A DNA stretch of 64,000 nt from Chrysomallon squamiferum (taxonomy: Eukaryota > Animalia > Mollusca): assembly GCA_012295275.1 (NCBI GenBank), contig CM022673.1, positions 19,964,001-20,028,000 on the forward strand, written 5' to 3'. The position numbers and the translations under genes are program-made. Below the pieces are notes generated by a model. That model saw nothing but the letters and a program-made list of their open reading frames with translations. It was not told the DNA's origin and did not search any database. Numbering within the stretch: position 1 is the stretch's first letter; the number at the start of each line of letters is the position of its first letter. Shown here in pieces: positions 57,014-64,000 of this stretch.

Positions 57014-58086
57014 TGTGTCTGAGTCTGTGTGTTTTCCAGGTTGTTTTTCTTCAGAATGAAGACAGAACGAACTTAATTAAATGGAACTTCATAATATGGG
57101 GTATATTATTTTTCTTTTCTCTAAATGATAAATTTAGTTGAATTTCATTAATGAAATCATTTATTATTTTGCATATGCCCATCACAAAAATAATGTTTAC
57201 CTTTTTGAAAACAATAATAGACTTCAGAAGAAAAGTCTGATCTTTTAAATTATGTGTCACACAATAAAAACTAACACAAATTATCTTTCTTCATTCATTT
57301 GTTTGATTTATTTTTTATAGCTTTTCAGTAGATTTCTAAGCATTAATGAACTGATAATACCTTTTATTGCGTGATATAACAGCAGTTGTTATTGTTCCTA
57401 GACGTATATAAAATGCAATTTGCTACATTTAGTTATTAAGTTTTAGGCTACAAAATGATACAACTATCTTTTAATAAGAAGACACCAACGTTAAAACAAA
57501 ACAAGCAACATTCAAATAACCATAACAATAAATGAAATTAAACAAATATATTTATTCGGAAATTAGCTAACTTTGTTTGAAAAGATCTTGTATATGTAAT
57601 AAAAGCAAATAAAATATTTATTCTATTCTTAATATAATTTTTATGTCTAAGAATGGCAGGTAGGTTTTTATGTATATTTGTTTTTTGTTGTGATTGTTAT
57701 TATTATCATCATCATCATTATTAGTAGTATTAGTAGTATTAGTATTAGTATTATTATACACGCATCAACAACACCGTTATAACAGAGTACATTGTTCTGA
57801 TTTGTCACTGATTTTCATTGGCTGTTGCGATGATGAAGGAAGTCTTCCTTGTATAATGGGTGGTGTTGTGAAATATTAAACTTAATCTTTTTTCTTTCCC
57901 GTTCGAAGTATTATTCATAAAATATGTTCAGCAGTTTATTTCATAGCACTAAAAAAGTGTAAGAGAATTTTAACGCAACTGACTTACAAATGTTGTAAAT
58001 TATATTCTTCGTCTATTCATTAATAAAATAATGCTTGTTTTACATATGCGTGTGTATTTCTGTATATATGTGTGTGTGCGTATGTG

Positions 58087-58121
<35 letters not shown>

Positions 58122-59748
58122 GTGTGTGTGTGTGTGTGTATTGATAAAAAAATAATTACTTACTGCATTGCGGAGGAAACATGCTAGCGGCGTCTCCTTT
58201 ACCGGATAATCCTCTGAAATAAAAAAGTACCTTTTATGTATATCTGCATATGTTTTTATAACCACCTCTCTTCTCTATATATGTTTAATACTGCCAGACG
58301 ATTCATCCTACTTTTAAATTATTATTATATTTTTTTATATATATAACAAACTAATCAATCAGTTTTCGTTTTTTGTAATAATAATAACGCACCCATTACC
58401 CATACACACAATACATTGGAAATATGATGTGTAGGATATAATAATAATAATTTAGGACAAATACTAATGTTTTAAAAAAAAAAAAAAGTTTAATAAAATG
58501 CATAGAAAATAGCAATTTTAGAAAATTAAAATTGCAACGACAGATTTCACTTTTTACTATTTTAATTATATATATATGTATATGTATGTATGTACGTATG
58601 TATGTATCTATGTATGTATGTATGTATCTATGTGTGTGTGTGTAGGTCATTGTAGATCAGTTTTCATAAGTAAAACTGTAACATTTCAGTTTATTAAACA
58701 ATATTACAATTTTGTTATCGTTACCAATTAATACAATAGCAATGCCACCATCACAACGAGCTACAACAACAACAACAGTAACTACTTCTAATAATATAAT
58801 AACAATAATAATATAAAATACAATAATTTCCCAAACTATTTTTTGAGTATCATTCCACTGATATTTCACTTTATCTAAATGTAATAAGTTTTATAAGTGG
58901 TAACAATATTATATGAAACTCACCCAAGAAATTCATTTACTACATGCAGTGGTATCGGAACTTGGAAGAGAGATTAATTTATAATTATATCGCAATGGTT
59001 CGTTTTTTTTTTTTTTTTTTTTTGTGTAGAACAGAGAAAGAGAGAATGCAGGGGGATAGATTTATTATTGTGTTAGTATGTTAAAGTCAAAGTGAGTATC
59101 TACAGTCATTTTCTCTTAAATACATACAGTTTTAATTATGAACCGGCCATATCAACAGGAAACAAACCAGATACACCCGAGAAATACATGGCCCCTTATC
59201 ATCTCACACCCCGAAAACTGATGGAATGCTCCAGGTTGCTCTTCACCATCTAAAAATATGCAGGTTAACAGTTGCATTCTCTCCCTCTCCGGTTTTTCCC
59301 ACTCAGCATTATTATTGTTTGTATTTGACTATGGGGCTTATGTTATCACTTGATTCTGAGGACATACATCTTTATCCGGTAGGAAATTGTTATTCATTAC
59401 ACTTCATTCTCGTTCATTTGTCGTTCATTCAATCTGATCGTCTGCTTTTTGCCGGACACAAAACTCTGTGGACTTTGTAAATTAATAAATTTTAGCATTC
59501 TGGCTGGAATGACAAATAGTTCAGCGTGTGGATTAAGGAGAATAGATCCTGCGACTAACCACTACTTAGCCATAGCCTAGAACAACTGAGCTGCAGCCCA
59601 CTCCATAATTAACAACAGTCAAATATTTTAAAATTTATACTAATATTAAACAAACGATAAACTTTGTCTTACCTTTTTCCAGCTCGAGAACAATTTGACC
59701 GATGAAAGCTTCAGGCAGCTCCATACTGTCAGTTTCGTCAAATGACAT
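54277..59748 (-). CDS. ETS transcription factor, ESE subfamily (ELF3/EHF/ELF5-like), 345 aa, no PNT domain
   Basis: Phase-compatible GT-AG exons 59748-59673, 58213-58164, 56809-56635, 56566-56510, 56196-56023, 55655-55452, 54933-54735, 54379-54277 (1038 nt). ETS domain HLWEFIRDLLVDP...IKWENKTEGVFRV...VAKLWGKKKKN...MTYEKMSRSIRY...FGPRAHGWK*. The FGxxAHGW ending is ESE-like. The ETS exons are secure; the upstream exons are less so. Confidence 0.88.
56332..56413. repeat. (CA)n microsatellite
   Basis: Perfect CA tract in an ETS-gene intron. Other CA/GT tracts lie at ~14337-14389, 16440-16484, 35457-35518, 52621-52663 and 56960-57012. Confidence 0.97.
59499..59604 (-). mobile_element. tRNA-derived SINE head in intron 1 of the ETS gene
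   Basis: Minus strand reads GGAGTGGGCTGCAGCTCAGTTG (A-box-like)...GCAGGATCTATTCTCC (B-box-like)...CTATTTGTCATTCCAGCCAG, resembling from memory the heads of molluscan SINEs. Confidence 0.55.
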
Positions 59749-59940
59749 CTTTTACGTGATTTGAGCAGATGTAAATATAATCTACAGAAGATGAAAATAC
59801 AGGATTTCAATGAGACCAGCAACTAATATGCTTCACATCTTAGGTCTTTCTTTATTATTGTATTATTATTATTATCTTTTTTTTTTTTTTTTTCTTCCCC
59901 ACCTCCCGATTGTACTATTTTCAGAATCTTAGATTCAAAT

Positions 59941-60792
59941 GGTTATTCCCCATAAAGTTTTCCTCATGGGTCATTTTATATAATGGTTGGGGTTTTCCGT
60001 CTTACTTTATAAATAGATCTTTTACTTAGTGGTTCAAACTCAAAGCCACAAATGCTTTCACCGCGAATTCTGTGAACCTGATTTTTCCTAACCAGTTATA
60101 CGCTCTTAAATATCGCTAAGGAAAGATTTGTTAATGCAAAATTTTCAAAAATACTTGCCATGTTCATTAACAATGTAATTAAAAGACATTTGCTGTTAAT
60201 CAGCAACAGTGACCAAATGCAAGAGTTTCGTCTTATATGTATGTATGTATGTATGTACTTATGTACATATATGAATGTATATATGTATGTATTTTTGTAT
60301 GTTTGTGTGAGTTTGTTTGTGCGAGTTTTGTATGTGTATGTAAGAATGTGTGTTTAAAAAACTTTATATGTTTGAAAATGTTTTAAAATATGTGTTCTAT
60401 ATCACAAATGCGTTTTTTTGGGGGTGTCTATCTTTCTTCGTTTTATTGTCCTTGTTTTTTATCTTAATTTCTTTTTGTATGGGGGTTTTGGGGGGGTTCT
60501 CTCTTACAAAAACATTTGCACTACATTGGTGACATTGTATAACAGGATATATTTTATCAGTCTGATCGGGTAAGTTAGGGGAATTCCCTAAGTACTGCGT
60601 TTTACAAGTGACCAATGGTATTAGCAGATCTAAGAACCATATAACTTGCTTATCATACAAACAAGGACATTCCTCTAGTTCAAGTTTCTGCATGCTGTGA
60701 AGATTTTATAAATCAAATGTAATACAGCTGAAGCGTAAATCTAAAGGTTATTTATATACCGTAACATCAATTGCAATAAAAAAAAAAAAAAA

Positions 60793-60834
<42 letters not shown>

Positions 60835-61020
60835 AATAAATAAATAAATAAAATAAAATAAATAAAATAAAACATTTTCCGTGAACTTAGCGTCAGATAT
60901 TTATAGCATGTTTTGTTTTAAAGTCGTATGAGAGCATCATGAATGATACGCGATGGTTAGGAAAATTACCGGATACGATTAATATGCGCTTTGCAGATTT
61001 GTTAACTTCCGTTACGCATG
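59941..61020. promoter_or_regulatory. Divergent promoter region between the ESE-like gene and API5, with NF-kB-like and ETS sites
   Basis: GGGGTTTTCC (59989-59998), GGGGAATTCCC (60578-60588), minus-strand TATATAAAA (~59974-59982) and ACTTCCG (CGGAAGT on minus, ~61005). The start codons at 59748 (-) and 61085 (+) face apart. Confidence 0.55.
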
Positions 61021-61084
61021 TAGCGGTGATTTTATTTTTGGTTATTGTTATTGCCACTGAAGAATAATAAATTGAACGCTGAGA

Positions 61085-63306
61085 ATGACTACTGTTGAAA
61101 ATCTCTATAAGAACTTTGGTGTACTTGCTGATGCAAAAGATAAAGTGGGAGAGGTAAAGCTAATGAATGTACACATTATTTTGTTGTTTTTGTCTTAATG
61201 AACTGTGTTTTCGATGACATCCCTAAATCGAAAAACAAATTTCAAAACATCGCATGAAGTAAATAGTAGTATTTTTAATTAAAATTAGAACCGGTATTCT
61301 GCAGTTTTGGGCGACTCACCGTTGAAAACAATCTAGACTGTAAACAGTACACAAATATCGACACGCACACACACACACATGCCTTTCAAATTGATTTGAA
61401 TAGCAGGAGATTAGGATAAATCGTAAAGTACATTGTATGAGGACATTTTTGCAAATGCAGTTTATTTTGGTGGAACAGCAGACCTGGATAAAGTTGAGAG
61501 GAAGGTCTGGATGATCTTCCTGAGACAATATTTTGATTAGATGTACTTTTAATTTGAAATAGTGAGGACTATTATTATTATTATTATTATTAAATAATTA
61601 ATGTAATCCACAGTTATGCAGAAAACTGTTTTTGTGTGAATGTTTTCATTCAACTCTTTTTCTAACTTATTTTCTAGTCCAACATTTCTGTATGGCACAA
61701 AAATGACATAGAACTAAAAGGCATCTTGTAATAGGAAACAGAAATAGTTCTCAGAAATATAGCATCAATTATAAAAAATAATATAAGTTTACAAGCATAT
61801 AATGAAATAAAGTTGTTTCATTTTATTAATCTGTGTGCACCCCTAAATTATATCTCTAATAAATGGTGACTCTAACATTTTAATACTTTATCTTCAGTTT
61901 GTTCAAGGATAAAACTAAATTTCCTTAGTATTCTGATTGCAACTGCTTGTTCAAAATAAATGGGGACTCTGTGATGATTTGAAATCACAGTATACTCAAA
62001 ACATTACTGACTATTGCAGTTTCTTTGGTCTGAACCTCAAGATAAACATCAGTGTCAAGAACATGTCCGAACAATGTTGGCATCATGATAAAATGCCCAG
62101 CAGTTTTAATTGATCAGTCTTTTGCCTTTATTTCTTGAATAAAGACTCAATAATCATATTGATAAAGCAGAATTCAGAGAGTTACTTTTAAGATATGAAA
62201 TAACAAAATACACTAATAATATCTGAGGTGAACTGAGTGTTATATTTTATTTCAGCACAAAGAAGAATATCTATCTTTTCTGGAAGCTATTAAAGGTTCA
62301 ACAGGAGAAAAAAGACTTGCAGCTCAGTTTATTGCCAGATTCTTTAGATATTTTCCTGAACTAGCTTCAAAAGCAATCAATTCTTTGTTTGACTTGTGTG
62401 AAGACAGTGAAATAACAGTGAGTCTATTTTTCTGATTTAATGCAGGACTGAAAGTCAGTTTGCTTTTAATATCCAGTGAGATTTATCATTACAAATGAAA
62501 AATGACAAAATATACTTTGCAAATCATTTGCATTTCATGAAGTATATTTGAACATTTTAATTCATACATGCAGCACATTTGTAAATTATTTTCATATGAT
62601 GTTCTCACTTATGAATTTGAATTATAAAGTTTCACAGTAAAATAATTTGTTTAATTATTACTTAAAAATAATAATTCCTATATCAAGTTGCAGCATTAGT
62701 TATTCAAAATAATATTTTTCATTTAATTTTTTAGTTACTCCCCAAATTATCAACACTGACTTCTGAAATTTCAGTTTAATTCTTTAAATATTAAATATAA
62801 TAATAACAGTAAACATTAATTTATTGTTGCATGAAATACAACTGCACCCTGCAGTATGTTTGGATATCACTTAAACACTTTTTTTCAGATCCGGAAACAA
62901 GCCATAAAGGAATTGCCGCATTTGTGTAAAGTTTGTCCAGAACATGTTCCCAAGATATCAGAAGCTTTGACTCAGCTACTAGCATGTGAAGACAGCAGTG
63001 AATTCAGCTATGTGCAGTCATCTCTTCTTACCCTTTTCTCATGTAATGCTAAAGGTTAGTTCTTCCAGCCTACTACTGGCTTCATGGCTTTAGAACAATA
63101 TAAGACATTTTGTGACATACAGTGTTGAAAGTTAGATATTTTTATTTAATTTTAAAAAGAAAGAATATATATATATATTTTTTTATATTGTTTTGTTTGG
63201 GGGTGGGGGTGCTAACTATTCTTTTTTTGCATTGATTTTGGTTTTCATATTTATATTAATTAGCTGGTAATTTGTTTATTAATTTTTAATTGAATAATTA
63301 TTAAAT

Positions 63307-63348
<42 letters not shown>

Positions 63349-63589
63349 CATTCAAAATATTTTTAAAATAGTAAACTGTTTTTTAGTACAAGTAAAAGAC
63401 TTTGATAATGTAACATGGTTTATTAAAGGAACACTGGAGGGGATATTTAGCCAAATACTGGCTGAACATGAGGAGGATGATGTGGTACGTGACAGAGCCA
63501 TCAAATTTCTTGTGTTGAAATTAAAAACACTGGAGGAAGATACATTAGACAAAGATGCTGAAGAATTCATCATTACAGAAGCTAAAAAG
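61085..63589 (+). CDS. API5: Apoptosis inhibitor 5, first four coding exons (continues beyond the window)
   Basis: Exons 61085-61153 (MTTVENLYKNFGVLADAKDKVGE), 62256-62417 (HKEEY...KGSTGEKRLAAQFIARFFRYFPELA...DLCED), 62889-63054 (IRKQAIKELP...LTQLL), 63429-63589 (GTLEGIFSQI...VVRDRAIKFL). All GT-AG and in phase; matches the API5 N-terminus. Confidence 0.96.
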
Positions 63590-64000
63590 GTTCTTTTTTT
63601 TCTGTTTTATGAGAAAACAAGCTATTTACATATTAGTGTAATTTAAGTGCATATAATTATTCTATATGTTTATACAGTAAATACAATCTTGAATGTTATA
63701 TTATCTGAAAGAAAAACATGTTTCCCCATTCCTTACAATTGTTCTGTATGAACATATAATAATTTATCTATATATTTTTAACTTCAACATAAATATAAAC
63801 TGTGTATCTCAAATCTCAAATTGAATACTAACAATAGGATTGGACATGTTGTTAATATAGTGATATCTTAGGCTAACAATGTTCATAAAGGCAACTTTAA
63901 AATTAAGGAAAAAATGTCAATGACATGTTAACATATTTGTGCATCCAGACTTTTTATATTTTTATATTTCATGCATTTTTAATATATGCTATGCTAGTTA

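Noticed and set aside
59499-59604. tRNA gene
   Set aside because: A- and B-box-like motifs are present, but no cloverleaf can be folded; it fits a SINE head better.
63352-63573. Minus-strand 73-aa ORF (also 25484-25672 and 39165-39434)
   Set aside because: Antisense shadows of real API5 and tetraspanin exons.

Overview
AT-rich, microsatellite-dense eukaryotic DNA with spliceosomal genes. It is probably a mollusc (inferred from an SH3b-PGRP architecture, long-loop tetraspanins and a mollusc-like tRNA SINE). Hand-built models, left to right: Tigger, Tc1 and Gypsy remnants (5.6-12.6 kb); a multiply disabled signal peptide + SH3b + PGRP pseudogene (14.1-17.1 kb, +); two tandem 7-exon tetraspanins (24.9-28.2 and 37.2-40.4 kb, +), the second with one 1-nt frameshift and a GC-AG intron; a PNT/SAM-only reading frame (46.9-48.6 kb, -); an 8-exon ESE-type (ELF3/EHF/ELF5-like) ETS gene with no PNT domain (54.3-59.7 kb, -); and the first four exons of API5 (from 61.1 kb, +), head-to-head with the ETS gene. 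The most interesting signal is that the ESE module looks split into an ETS-only gene followed by a separate ESE-type PNT-only gene, each with upstream NF-kB-like sites. Most ORFs in the supplied track are microsatellite artefacts. All assignments come from manual translation and motif recognition; no database search was run.
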